The notes under the pieces are model-generated. The model was not told the DNA's origin. It saw nothing but the letters and a program-made list of their open reading frames with translations, and did not search any database. Shown piece by piece: positions 8,934 to 18,450 of a stretch of 64,000 nucleotides of DNA; positions within the stretch are counted from its first letter, which is position 1, and every line of letters starts with the position of its first letter. The stretch comes from Actinomycetes bacterium (GTDB taxonomy: Bacteria > Actinomycetota > CALGFH01), in contig DATFRI010000074.1 in assembly GCA_035263405.1 (NCBI GenBank), positions 9,824 to 73,823 of the forward strand, given 5' to 3'. A program made the translations under genes and the position numbers.

Positions 8934-10181
8934 ATGAGACCCGAGCGCAACCACGAGGGGGGCGGCGAGCGGGCTGAGCTGGTCACCCTCGACGACCTCT
9001 TCGAGGCCCGCCAGCGCCTGCGCGCGGCGCGGGTGCTGCGCCCGACCCCGGTGGACCGCTCCGACAGCTTCTCCCGCCTGGCCGGCCGGACCGTCTGGCT
9101 CAAGCCCGAGCAGCAGCAGCGGACCGGCTCGTTCAAGATCCGCGGTGCCTACAACCACGTCTGCCGGCTGCCACCCGGCCAGGAGGTCGTGGCCGCGTCC
9201 GCGGGCAACCACGCCCAGGGGGTCGCGCTCGCCGCCGCCCTCACCGACCGCAAGGCGACCATCTACATGCCCGCACAGGCGCCCCTGCCCAAGGTCGAGG
9301 CGACCCGCGGCTACGGCGCGACCGTGCAGTCCCTGGGCGACAGCGTGGACGACTGCATCCAGACGGCGCGCGAGGACGCCGAGGACCGCGGCGCCGCGTT
9401 CGTCCCCCCCTTCGACGACCTGGACGTCATCGCCGGGCAGGGCACCGCCGGGCTGGAGCTGGTCGACGAGGTCCCCGACGCGCAGGTCGTGGCGGTCGCG
9501 GTGGGCGGCGGCGGCTGGATCTCCGGGATCGGCGGGGCATTCGCCCACCTGCGCCCGGAGACCAGGGTGATCGGGGTGGAGGCCGCCGGCGCGGACTCGA
9601 TGGTCGCCTCGCTGCGGGCCGGCCGGCCGGTGACGCTGCGGCGGATGCGGACCATGGCCGACGGGATCGCGGTCAAAGCGCCCTCGGAGCTGACCCTGGC
9701 GCACGTCCAGGCGTTCGTGGACGACGTGGTGACGGTCGGCGAGGAGGAGATCAGCCAGGCGCTGGTGCTGCTGCTGGAGCGCGCCAAGGCGGTCGTCGAG
9801 CCGAGCGGCGCCGCCGCGCTCGCGGCGGTCCTGGCCGGCAGGCTGCCCGGCTCCGGCCCGGTGGTCGCGGTCCTCGGCGGAGGCAACATCGACCCGCTGC
9901 TGCTCACCAAGGTGATCGACCACGGCCTGTCGGCGGCCGGCCGCTACCTCGCCGTGCGGGTGCTGCTGGACGACCAGCCGGGCAGCCTCGCACGGCTGAC
10001 CGGGCAGGTCGCCAGGCTGGGCCTCAACGTCCTGGCCGTCGAGCACCACCGCAGCGGGCTGGACCTGCCGATGGCCGCGGTCGAGGTGCTGCTCACCGTC
10101 GAGACGCGCAACGCGCTGCACTCCGACGAGATCCTCGAGGGCCTGCGCGCCGCGGGCTTCGACGTCGCGCTCGCGCGCTGA
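8934..10181 (+). CDS. ilvA: Threonine dehydratase (threonine ammonia-lyase), PLP-dependent with a C-terminal ACT-like regulatory domain
   Basis: Contains the PLP lysine motif SFKIRGA and the glycine loop GGGGWISG. The C-terminal ~90 aa form a regulatory domain. Confidence 0.9.
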   Translation: MRPERNHEGGGERAELVTLDDLFEARQRLRAARVLRPTPVDRSDSFSRLAGRTVWLKPEQQQRTGSFKIRGAYNHVCRLPPGQEVVAASAGNHAQGVALAAALTDRKATIYMPAQAPLPKVEATRGYGATVQSLGDSVDDCIQTAREDAEDRGAAFVPPFDDLDVIAGQGTAGLELVDEVPDAQVVAVAVGGGGWISGIGGAFAHLRPETRVIGVEAAGADSMVASLRAGRPVTLRRMRTMADGIAVKAPSELTLAHVQAFVDDVVTVGEEEISQALVLLLERAKAVVEPSGAAALAAVLAGRLPGSGPVVAVLGGGNIDPLLLTKVIDHGLSAAGRYLAVRVLLDDQPGSLARLTGQVARLGLNVLAVEHHRSGLDLPMAAVEVLLTVETRNALHSDEILEGLRAAGFDVALAR

Positions 10182-10210
10182 CGCCCGCGCCGCGACCCGC
10201 GTGCGCCGCC

Positions 10211-11668
10211 TCAGCGCAGCAGCAGGGCGCGCACCTCGGCGTCGAGCCGCTCGGCCTCCTCGGGCGTGGAGGCCACGCAGGTCATCCCCATCTTGCCGTG
10301 GCCGCGCAGCGCGCCGAGCAGGTGGAGCATCACCCCGGCGCTCCTGCCCCGCCGCCAGGCCAGGCCCCGGTCGGCGATCGCCCGGATCGCCTCGACGGGC
10401 TCGACGCCGACCAGCCGGGGGGACTTCAGGTTGTCGGTCGCGGTGTAGGCGATCGGCCGCCCGCCGGCGACCAGCTCCCCGGTGCCGGCGTCGTAGTCCG
10501 CGCCGGCCGCCAGCCGCGCCATCCAGTACGGGTGCGTGGTCCCGCCCACCCGCAGGTTGATCTCGCACATGGAGACGCGGCGGCCGCTCCCGGTCGGGAC
10601 CACGAAGAAGTCCACCCCGAAGGCGCCGACCACGCCGCGCTCGACGAGGACCTCCCCGATCGCCTGCGCGCGCTGCTGGATCTCCAGCCGGTAGTCCGCG
10701 CGGGCGGGGAACCGGCAGCCGAGGTAGACCTGGTCGCTCGGGCCGCCGAGCACCTGGTCGTGGGTGGACAGCAGCTGCGCGTCGCCGGCCGGCGAGATGC
10801 TCATCTGCACGCTCGGCGAGGTCATGCCCTCGCCGCGGACCAGCTCCTCGGCCACGGCGCCCTCGCGCGCGATCTTGCCCGCGAACGACGGCCAGGACTC
10901 CTCCGCCGCGCAGAAGGTGGTCCGCCACCCGGCCCGGCCCGGCGGCGACCCCGGGTCCAGCTCCACGATCGCATTGCCCTGGCCGGAGAAGCCGTTGTTG
11001 AGCTTCACCACGACCGCGCCCCCGGCGGTCCGGCGCAGGCGCTCGACCGCCCGCTCGACCTCGGCGAGCGACCAGAGGTCCTCGGCGCCCTCCAGCACGT
11101 CCACGCCGGCCTGCATGGCCACCTGCCGCGAGCCGGTCTTGGAGCCGAGCGCGACCAGGCCAGGGTGCGGGCCGAACACGGGGATGCCCAGCTCCTCGGC
11201 GAGCACCTGCTCGAAGCGGCTGACGTTGAACACGATCATGACCGCGTCGTCCAGCTCGTCGACGACGTCGCGGACCTCCTCCAGCACGTCGGGGCGGGCG
11301 AGCAGCTTGGACGACAGCGCCCGGGCGGCGACGTCGCCGAGCGAGATCAGGTGCAGGCGCCGGCGGGCGTCCTGCGGGTCGGGGAGGAAGCCGAGGTAGT
11401 ACTCGACGATCGCCTCCTCGACCGGGGCGCTGGTGAGGTACACCAGGTGCCGGTCCGGGTCGTCCAGGAGCAGCAGGACGAACAGCATGCGCTCCTCGTA
11501 GTACTGGATCCCGAGGATCTTGCGCAGCTCGACCGCGGGGAAGCTGAGCGAGGGGACCACCACGATCGTGCGTGCGGTCGGGGTGGGGAAGGGATGCCCT
11601 GGATGGCGCTCGGCGAGCGAACGCGCCAGCCCGTCGAAGGTCGCGCGATGATGCGGAGCCACGGCCAT
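10211..11668 (-). CDS. ATP-grasp family protein (pre-ATP-grasp N-domain plus PGM1-like peptide-ligase domain)
   Basis: 485 aa. The segment VVVPSLSFPAVELRKILGIQYYEERMLFVLLLLDDPDRHLVYLTS and an ATP-grasp-like core resemble 'peptide ligase PGM1-related' proteins. An SD sits upstream of the ATG at 11668. Confidence 0.6.
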   Translation of the reverse strand: MAVAPHHRATFDGLARSLAERHPGHPFPTPTARTIVVVPSLSFPAVELRKILGIQYYEERMLFVLLLLDDPDRHLVYLTSAPVEEAIVEYYLGFLPDPQDARRRLHLISLGDVAARALSSKLLARPDVLEEVRDVVDELDDAVMIVFNVSRFEQVLAEELGIPVFGPHPGLVALGSKTGSRQVAMQAGVDVLEGAEDLWSLAEVERAVERLRRTAGGAVVVKLNNGFSGQGNAIVELDPGSPPGRAGWRTTFCAAEESWPSFAGKIAREGAVAEELVRGEGMTSPSVQMSISPAGDAQLLSTHDQVLGGPSDQVYLGCRFPARADYRLEIQQRAQAIGEVLVERGVVGAFGVDFFVVPTGSGRRVSMCEINLRVGGTTHPYWMARLAAGADYDAGTGELVAGGRPIAYTATDNLKSPRLVGVEPVEAIRAIADRGLAWRRGRSAGVMLHLLGALRGHGKMGMTCVASTPEEAERLDAEVRALLLR

Positions 11669-11874
11669 GGGCCTGAGCGTAACCGTGGTCGCGGACCGCC
11701 AAAACCCCCCATTTATCTCACCGTCGGCGGGCGACTCCGCCGCCGCCGGCGTGGCAGCATCTACGGCGCGCCGCGCGGCGCGCCGCGATCGGATCGGAGG
11801 CCCGCATCCAGCCGCATCCCGAGCCGGAGCCCGGCCGGCGGCCGGCCGTCCAGCAGGACGCCGGCGGCGGGCCG

Positions 11875-13134
11875 GTGCGCCTGTACCGCTGGCGCGACCC
11901 GGCGCTCCTGGCCGTCGCGGCGCTCGCGGTCGCCGCCGGCTTCGCGCAGTTCGGGGTCGCCGCGACCCTCGCCGACGTCGCCGAGGCGTTCGGCGAGCAC
12001 ACCGGCGGCGGCTCGATCGCCGCGCAGGTGGGCCTGTCGGGCACGGTCATCGGCCTCGGCCTCGGCGTCATCCGGCTCGCCTCGCTCGGCGCCCTGCCGC
12101 TGGCCGGATGGGCGGACCGGGTGGGCCGGCGCCGGATGCTGCTGGGCTGCTCGGCGGCCGGCCTGGCGGTCACGGTCGCGGCCGGCGGCAGCCTCGGCTT
12201 CTGGATGTTCGTCGCCCTGTTCGCGTGCGCGCGGCCGCTGCTGACCGCCAGCAACGCGCTCGCGCTGCTGGTCGCCGGCGAGGAGACGCGCAGCGCGGAC
12301 CGGGCCAGGGCGGTCGCGCTGGTCGCCGCCGGCTACGGGGTCGGCTCCGGGTGCGTGGCGATCGTGCGCTCGCTGCTGGGCGACACGCTCGGCTTCCGCG
12401 GCGTCTTCCTGCTCGCGGCGGTGCCGCTGCTGCTGGTGCCGCTGATCGGCCGCGCGTTGCGCGAGTCCGACCGCTTCGAGCGGCTGCGGCGCGCCAGCGC
12501 CAGCGGCGCCGCCAGGCTCGGCGCGCCCGTCCTCGGCCCGCTGCGCCGCGGGCTGCGCGGCCGGCTGGCGGTGCTCGGGTCGCTCACCTTCGCGATCGCG
12601 TTCGTGACCGGGCCCGCCAACACGTTCGTGTTCCTGTACACCGAGAGCATCCTCGGCATGGGCAGGGCCGCGACCGCGGCGATGGTCGCCGCCGCGGCGC
12701 CCTGCGGGCTGCTCGGCCTGGTCACCGGGCGCGCGCTCGCCGACCGGGCCGGGCGCCGGGTGACCGCCGCCGGCACCCAGGTGCTCATCGCCCTGGCCTG
12801 CGCGCTCACCTACAGCGGCTCGCAGCCGCGGGCGGTCGGCGGGTGGCTGCTGGCGATGACCGCCGGCGGGGCGTACGCGCCGGCCGCCGGCTCGCTGCCC
12901 ACCGAGCTGTTCCCCACCAGCGTGCGCGGCTCGGTCAGCGGCTGGCTGAACGCCCTCGGGGTGGTCGGCGCCGTCGCCGGGCTGGTCGTGTTCGGCGCGC
13001 TCGCCGACGACCTGGGCGGCTTCGCCGGCGCCGCGGTGGTGGTGTCGGTCCCGGTGGCGCTCGCCAGCGCCGGCTTCGCGGCCCTGCGCGAGACCCGTGG
13101 CCTGGAGCTGGAGGAGTCCGCGCCGGACCCCTGA
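11875..13134 (+). CDS. MFS transporter
   Basis: 419 aa with 12 predicted TM segments and an MFS-like motif GWADRVGRRRMLL after TM2. GTG start. Confidence 0.85.
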   Translation: MRLYRWRDPALLAVAALAVAAGFAQFGVAATLADVAEAFGEHTGGGSIAAQVGLSGTVIGLGLGVIRLASLGALPLAGWADRVGRRRMLLGCSAAGLAVTVAAGGSLGFWMFVALFACARPLLTASNALALLVAGEETRSADRARAVALVAAGYGVGSGCVAIVRSLLGDTLGFRGVFLLAAVPLLLVPLIGRALRESDRFERLRRASASGAARLGAPVLGPLRRGLRGRLAVLGSLTFAIAFVTGPANTFVFLYTESILGMGRAATAAMVAAAAPCGLLGLVTGRALADRAGRRVTAAGTQVLIALACALTYSGSQPRAVGGWLLAMTAGGAYAPAAGSLPTELFPTSVRGSVSGWLNALGVVGAVAGLVVFGALADDLGGFAGAAVVVSVPVALASAGFAALRETRGLELEESAPDP

Positions 13135-13252
13135 GGGCCGGACCCCTGAGGAAAGGTGTCCGCGATGCCTTCCGACCACGGGTGGACGCCCCGGAGCAGG
13201 GCATCGCGGACCCCTTCACGGGTAGGCCCGCCGGTCCCCGGGAGCCTGCCCT

Positions 13253-13819
13253 TCAGGCGCGGCGGCCGAAGAGGGCGAGCAGCTCGGTCTGGCGGTCGGC
13301 GCCCGGGGGCGGGTCGAGCCTGGTGCCGAACGCGCCCGACGCCGCCATGTCCCCGGCGCGCGGCAGCCAGTGCCCGTAGACGGCCTCCACCAGGTCCGGG
13401 TCCAGGCGGCGGTCGGCGCCGATGGCGGTGGCGAGGTCCCAGCCGTGGACGAGCAGGTCGCTCATGACCTCGAAGGCGTAGTGCTCGCCGAGGACGTCCG
13501 CGTACGACAGGTGCACGGTCGCCTCCATCGCGCCCGGCCGCTCGAACGCGGCCACCGCCTCCAGGGCGGCCGCGTCCCAGGCGGCCCGGGGGTCGCCGCC
13601 GAGCAGGTCGCCGTCGAAGCGGTCCCCGACCTCCGCGACGGTCGCCCCGCCGACCAGCGGGGGGATCCACACCTGCTCCCCGACCAGGTGGTTCACGAGC
13701 GCGCGCACGTCCCAGTCGCTGCACGGGGTGGGCAGGTCCCACTGGTCGTCGCGGACCGCGTGGACGTGGCGGCCGAACGTGCCGGTGGCGCGCCGAAAGG
13801 CCTCGATCGTGTCCGTCAC
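13253..13819 (-). CDS. TIGR03086-family / DinB_2-like metal-binding protein (mycothiol maleylpyruvate isomerase N-terminal-domain fold)
   Basis: VTDTIEAFRRATGTFGRHVHAVRDDQWDLPTPCSDWDVRALVNHLVGEQVW... is the real C-terminal part of a long junk ORF. It starts at a GTG with the SD AGGGAGGA 6 nt upstream. Confidence 0.75.
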   Translation of the reverse strand: MTDTIEAFRRATGTFGRHVHAVRDDQWDLPTPCSDWDVRALVNHLVGEQVWIPPLVGGATVAEVGDRFDGDLLGGDPRAAWDAAALEAVAAFERPGAMEATVHLSYADVLGEHYAFEVMSDLLVHGWDLATAIGADRRLDPDLVEAVYGHWLPRAGDMAASGAFGTRLDPPPGADRQTELLALFGRRA

Positions 13820-13893
13820 AACATCCTCCCTGTCGCGGATCACGCCGCAGAGGGAACCACTACGCCAGGCCGCCCGCCAGCGGCGCGGCCCGG

Positions 13894-15936
13894 TCAGCCG
13901 TCCAGGCCCAGCTCCGAGGCCAGGAACGCGAGCGTGTCGACGTGCAGCTCGACCGACCGGCTCACCGAGCGGGCGCCGTGGCCGACCTTCAGCTCGCGGC
14001 GCAGCAGCACCGGCGCGCCCGACGCGCTCGCCCACTGCAGCGCCGCGCAGAGCTTGCGCGCGTGCATCGGGTCCACGCGCGTGTCGGACTCGAACACGGT
14101 GAACAGCACCGCCGGGTACGCGGCGCCCCGCCGCACGCGGTGGTAGGGCGAGTACGACAGCAGCCAGCGGAACTCGACGGGGTCCTCGGCGCGGCCGTAC
14201 TCGTCGTTCCAGGTCTCGCCGAGCCCGAAGCGCTCGTAGCGCAGCATGTCCAGCAGCGGCGCGCTGCACACCACCGCCCGGTACAGCTCCGGCCGCTGGG
14301 TCAGCGCCGCGCCCACCAGCAGCCCGCCGTTGGAGCCACCGGCGATGCCGAGCGCGCCGCGCCGGCAGTGGCCGGCGGCGACCAGGTGCTCCGCCGCCGC
14401 GTGGAAGTCGTCGAAGACGTTCTGCTTGTGCTCGCGCATGCCCGCGCGATGCCAGGTCTCGCCCTCCTCCGAGCCGCCGCGCAGGTTGGCGACCGCCCAC
14501 GTCCCCCCGCGCTCCACCCAGGCGATGACCTGGGGCGAGTACACCGGCGTCAGCGGGACGTCGAAGCCGCCGTAGCCGTACAGCACCGCGGGACGGCCGC
14601 CGTCCGCCGGCACGCCCTCGCCGCGCAGCACGAACATGCGCACCACGGTGCCGTCGGCGGAGCGGTAGGTCTCCTGCGTGGTCAGCACGCCCTTGACCTC
14701 CGCCTCCCCCGGGGCGCGCGCCCACAGCTCCAGCGTCCCCGCCGACGCCGTGTACCGGTACACCCGCGGCGGGGTGGTGAACCCGGTCCAGCCGATCCAG
14801 GCCTCGTCGCCGCCCTCGGGCCGGGAGGTCAGGCCGGTGACCGAGCCGGGCCCGGGCAGCGCGACCTCGCCGCGCAGCCTGCCGGTGGCGCGGTCGTGGA
14901 CGCGCACCTGCCCGACGGCGTGGCGGATGCCCGCGACCACCACCGCGTCGTCGGTGAGCGCGAAGCCCTCCAGCACCGCGTCGGACTCGCCGACCAGCTC
15001 GCGCCAGTGCTCGGGCCCGGGCCGGCGCGGGTCGGCGACGACCAGGCGGTAGCGCGGCGCGTCGCGGTTGGTGCGCAGCCACAGCAGCCCGTCGTCCTCG
15101 ACCCCGCCCCAGGTCTCCACGTCGGCGCCCTCCTGGACCGGCCGCGGCGCCCCGTCGCCGGTGAGGTCGGCGATGAACAGGTCGTTGCGCGGCGCGGTCC
15201 CGAGCCACCCGCCGATCACCAGCCAGCGCCCGTCGCGGGACACGTCCAGGGCGTGGTACTCGGTCTTGTCGCGGCCCTCCCCGAAGACCAGCTCGTCCCC
15301 GGCCGGGTCGCCGCCCAGCCGGTGCCGCCACACGCGCCGGTGGAAGCGGTCCTCGCCGGCCGGCACCTCGCCGGGGGCCAGCCGGCGCCCGTAGAGCAGC
15401 TCCTCGCCGCCCGGCAGCCACGCCAGCGGGCAGTAGCGGGTGCGGTCGATGGGCCCGTCGACGACCTTGCCGCTGTCCACGTCCAGCACCCACAGCGACG
15501 CCTCCTCGTCGCCGCGCTCGCTGGTCCAGTAGGCCACCAGCCGGCCCTCGATCGAGGGCACCCAGCCGTCCAGGGTCACGGTGTCGTCGTCGCTGAGGGT
15601 GCTCGGGTCGATCAGCGTCCGCTCGCCGCCGTCGGCCTCGCGTACCAGCAGCACCGCGTGCTCCTGCTCGGCGCTGCGCCGCGAGAGGAAGGCCCGGCCG
15701 CCGCGCGGCGACGGCGCCGACACCGACCCGGCCGCGAACAGCTGCCGCAGCCGCTCGCGCAGCGGCCCGCGCCCCGGCAGGGCGTCAAGGTGCCCGCGGG
15801 CGAGCGCGTCCTGCGCCTGGCCCCAGGCGCGCGTCCGCGGCGCGTCGGGGTCCTCCAGCCAGCGGTAGGGGTCGGCGACCTCGACGCCGTGCAGCACCTC
15901 GACGACGTCCGCGCGGGGGGCGGGTGGATAGTCCAT
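13894..15936 (-). CDS. Prolyl oligopeptidase (S9A family serine peptidase)
   Basis: N-terminal beta-propeller plus a C-terminal alpha/beta-hydrolase domain with the GGSNGGLL catalytic serine motif. The proposed start MDYPPAPRAD is the ATG at 15936. Confidence 0.9.
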   Translation of the reverse strand: MDYPPAPRADVVEVLHGVEVADPYRWLEDPDAPRTRAWGQAQDALARGHLDALPGRGPLRERLRQLFAAGSVSAPSPRGGRAFLSRRSAEQEHAVLLVREADGGERTLIDPSTLSDDDTVTLDGWVPSIEGRLVAYWTSERGDEEASLWVLDVDSGKVVDGPIDRTRYCPLAWLPGGEELLYGRRLAPGEVPAGEDRFHRRVWRHRLGGDPAGDELVFGEGRDKTEYHALDVSRDGRWLVIGGWLGTAPRNDLFIADLTGDGAPRPVQEGADVETWGGVEDDGLLWLRTNRDAPRYRLVVADPRRPGPEHWRELVGESDAVLEGFALTDDAVVVAGIRHAVGQVRVHDRATGRLRGEVALPGPGSVTGLTSRPEGGDEAWIGWTGFTTPPRVYRYTASAGTLELWARAPGEAEVKGVLTTQETYRSADGTVVRMFVLRGEGVPADGGRPAVLYGYGGFDVPLTPVYSPQVIAWVERGGTWAVANLRGGSEEGETWHRAGMREHKQNVFDDFHAAAEHLVAAGHCRRGALGIAGGSNGGLLVGAALTQRPELYRAVVCSAPLLDMLRYERFGLGETWNDEYGRAEDPVEFRWLLSYSPYHRVRRGAAYPAVLFTVFESDTRVDPMHARKLCAALQWASASGAPVLLRRELKVGHGARSVSRSVELHVDTLAFLASELGLDG

Positions 15937-16042
15937 CCGCGGACTGTACCGTGCCGACCCGACCGGCTCCGGACGGGCTGCGGGGGCGGCGCGCGAGCCG
16001 GTAGGCTGACGCAAGGGTATCGACCATCCCAGGAGGCAGCCC

Positions 16043-16798
16043 GTGGACTTCTGGACCCCGGCCTCGGCGCTCGTCGTCGCCGCCCACCCCGACGACATCG
16101 AGTTCGGCTGCTCGGGGACGGTGGCGCGGTGGGTCGCCGGCGGGTCGCGGGTGACCTACGGCCTGGTCACCAACGGCGCGGCGGGGTCCACCGCCCCGGA
16201 CATGACCCGCGAGCGGCTGGCCGAGCTGCGCGCCGCCGAGCAGCGCGCCGCCGCCAAGGTCGTTGGCGTCGAGCGCGTCGAGCTGCTCGGCTACGAGGAC
16301 GGCCTGCTGGAGCCCACCCTCGAGGTCCGGAAGGACATCGTCCGCCTGATCCGGCGCGTCCGCCCCGAGGTCGTGGTGACGACCGACCCGACCATGCGCT
16401 ACGTCGACGACGCCTACATCAACCACCCCGACCACCTCGCGGCGGGCGAGGCGACGCTGGCCGCGGTGATCCCCGGCGCCGACACGCGCCTGGCCTACCC
16501 CGAGCTGCTCGACGAGGGCCTGGAGCCGGTCAAGCTCACCGCCGTGTGGGTCATGTTCGGCCCGAGCCCCAACCTCGTGGTCGACATCAGCGACCAGATC
16601 GACGTCAAGCTCGAGAGCCTCGCCTGCCACGTCACGCAGGTCGGCGAGCCCATGAACGGCGAGACCTCCGGCTCCGTCAGGCGCTGGGCCGAGCACGTGG
16701 CCCGCGGCGAGGCGTTCCGCTACGGCGAGGCGTTCCGCGTGATCCGCCTGGACCGGTCACCGGGCGAGGAGGCCGAGGCGCTCGCCGCCGAGTCCTGA
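16043..16798 (+). CDS. PIG-L family (LmbE-like) deacetylase
   Basis: Has the AHPDDxE zinc-binding motif (VVAAHPDDIEFGCSG) near the N-terminus and a later HPDH. 251 aa. Confidence 0.85.
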   Translation: MDFWTPASALVVAAHPDDIEFGCSGTVARWVAGGSRVTYGLVTNGAAGSTAPDMTRERLAELRAAEQRAAAKVVGVERVELLGYEDGLLEPTLEVRKDIVRLIRRVRPEVVVTTDPTMRYVDDAYINHPDHLAAGEATLAAVIPGADTRLAYPELLDEGLEPVKLTAVWVMFGPSPNLVVDISDQIDVKLESLACHVTQVGEPMNGETSGSVRRWAEHVARGEAFRYGEAFRVIRLDRSPGEEAEALAAES

Positions 16799-16838
16799 CG
16801 GCGCCGCCGGGCCCTGCGGCGAAGCGCCCCGAAGCGTC

Positions 16839-17027
16839 CTAGGACATCAGCGACGCGAGCGCGGCCGCCAGCGCCACCGCGACGCCGAGCACGAGCACCG
16901 TCCAGCCCAGCAGGCTGCGCTCACCGCCGCCTCGGGGGGCCGGAAGCGCCCAGCTCCCGGTCTGCGCCGTCGGGTCGCCCGCCTCGTACGCCTGCCGCCG
17001 GACTTCTTCCTGCATCCAGTCGTTCAT
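16839..17027 (-). CDS. Small hypothetical membrane protein (62 aa, C-terminal TM)
   Basis: ATG ORF with the hydrophobic C-terminus LLGWTVLVLGVAVALAAALASL. No homology recognised. Confidence 0.3.
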   Translation of the reverse strand: MNDWMQEEVRRQAYEAGDPTAQTGSWALPAPRGGGERSLLGWTVLVLGVAVALAAALASLMS

Positions 17028-17181
17028 CAGGGCCCCCTTGGTGCTCCCGCCGTCCGCTAACGCGCCGCTACACGAATAGTCGCTCCAGTCACGCCGAAAG
17101 ATGCCGTTCGAGACCGCATGGAGTCACGATCGTTACCGTCCGGTGACGGATTCTACGGATCCGACGGATCCACGTACAGGG

Positions 17182-18357
17182 TCAAACCCGCACAGGGTCG
17201 GAGCAGACCAGCGCCCACGGGCGGCCCGCCAGACGGGTCAGCACCACCGTCGCCCGCGCGTCACCCCGCAGCCGCAGGCGCCGGCGCAGCTCCTCCACGT
17301 CCACCGCGGAGCCTCGCTTGCGCACGTCCACCGCGCCCACCCCGCGGGCGCGCAGCAGCGCCCGCAGCCGCTTGAGCTGCCAGGGAAGCGACGCCTCCAC
17401 CCGCAGCGTGCGCCCGAACGGGGTCTCCGGCCGGTCCGCGCACGACAGCAGCGCGCCGCGCTGGTCCAGCTTCCACGCCCCCAGCGCCCGCGCCAGCTCC
17501 TCCACCAGCCCGGCGCGCGTGACCGCCGGGTCGGGGTCCACCAGCCACGCGTCCGGCGGGCCGCAGCGGACCGGCGGGCCGGGCGCGGCCACCAGCGTGC
17601 GCCCCGCCGGGAGCACGGTCGCGCGGCGGCCGGCGGTCGCCAGCGGCGGCGACCACAGCACCGCCTCCTTCAGCTCCCGGCCCTCGCTGACCAGCTCCAC
17701 CTCCCAGCCCGCGGGGACCCGTCCGAGCGGCAGGCCGGGCGCGGCCTTGACCGCCACCGCCGCGACGCGACGCGCGAGCTCCAGGCACCAGTCCAACGGC
17801 GGCTCGCTCACCCCGGCCGGCAGCCGCCGCCCTCGCGCGCGCCGCGCCGGGTCGACGAACACCGCCCCCACCCCCTCCAACGGCGCCTCGCGCACGTCGC
17901 CGCCCACCGGGCGGACGCGCCCGGCGACCCCGTGGACCTCGGCGTTGGCCAGTGCCAGCCGCAGGTGCACCGGGTCGCGGTCCACGGCCACCACCGCGCG
18001 CCCGGCGGCCAGCGCCAGCAGGTCCCCGCCGATCCCGGTGCACAGGTCCGCCACCACCTCGAAGGGGCCGAAGCGCGCAGCCCGGTGCGCCGCCGCCCGC
18101 TGCGAGGACGCCTGCTCCAGCCCCTCGCGCGTGAACCACATCCGCCCGGCGAGCGCGAACTTCCCCGCCGCGTGCCGGCGCAGCTCGTGCAGGGTGAACG
18201 CCGCCGCGACCAGCTCGGCCGGGTACCCCGCCCGCAGCTCGGCCCCCAGCGCCAGCGCCCGCGCCGCCTCCAGCGGCCCGTCCGGCAGCCGCTCGAGCAG
18301 CTCCCGGCCGCTCGGCTCCAGCAGCGCGCACAGCGCCGCGCCCTCAGCCGGCGCCAC
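17182..18357 (-). CDS. Class I SAM-dependent methyltransferase
   Basis: SAM-binding motif VVADLCTGIGGDLLALA within a ~390-aa ORF. The start is uncertain (ORF track start 18426; GTG at ~18357). Confidence 0.7.
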   Translation of the reverse strand: MAPAEGAALCALLEPSGRELLERLPDGPLEAARALALGAELRAGYPAELVAAAFTLHELRRHAAGKFALAGRMWFTREGLEQASSQRAAAHRAARFGPFEVVADLCTGIGGDLLALAAGRAVVAVDRDPVHLRLALANAEVHGVAGRVRPVGGDVREAPLEGVGAVFVDPARRARGRRLPAGVSEPPLDWCLELARRVAAVAVKAAPGLPLGRVPAGWEVELVSEGRELKEAVLWSPPLATAGRRATVLPAGRTLVAAPGPPVRCGPPDAWLVDPDPAVTRAGLVEELARALGAWKLDQRGALLSCADRPETPFGRTLRVEASLPWQLKRLRALLRARGVGAVDVRKRGSAVDVEELRRRLRLRGDARATVVLTRLAGRPWALVCSDPVRV

Positions 18358-18450
18358 GCGCCACCACCGCCGCCCGGCGGCGGCGCCCCGGATCGGGCAC
18401 GATGGGCACCGGCAGGCCCCGGCCACCGCCGGGCGGGCCGCTCCAGGGAC

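Noticed and set aside
8868-11702. 944-aa minus ORF and the 10298..12244 plus ORF (648 aa)
   Set aside because: Antisense to ilvA, the ATP-grasp gene and the MFS gene. The translations are Arg/Gly/Asp low complexity.
13942-16842. 966-aa plus-strand ORF
   Set aside because: Antisense to the prolyl oligopeptidase, whose S9 catalytic motif GGSNGG is clear, and out of frame with the PIG-L deacetylase.
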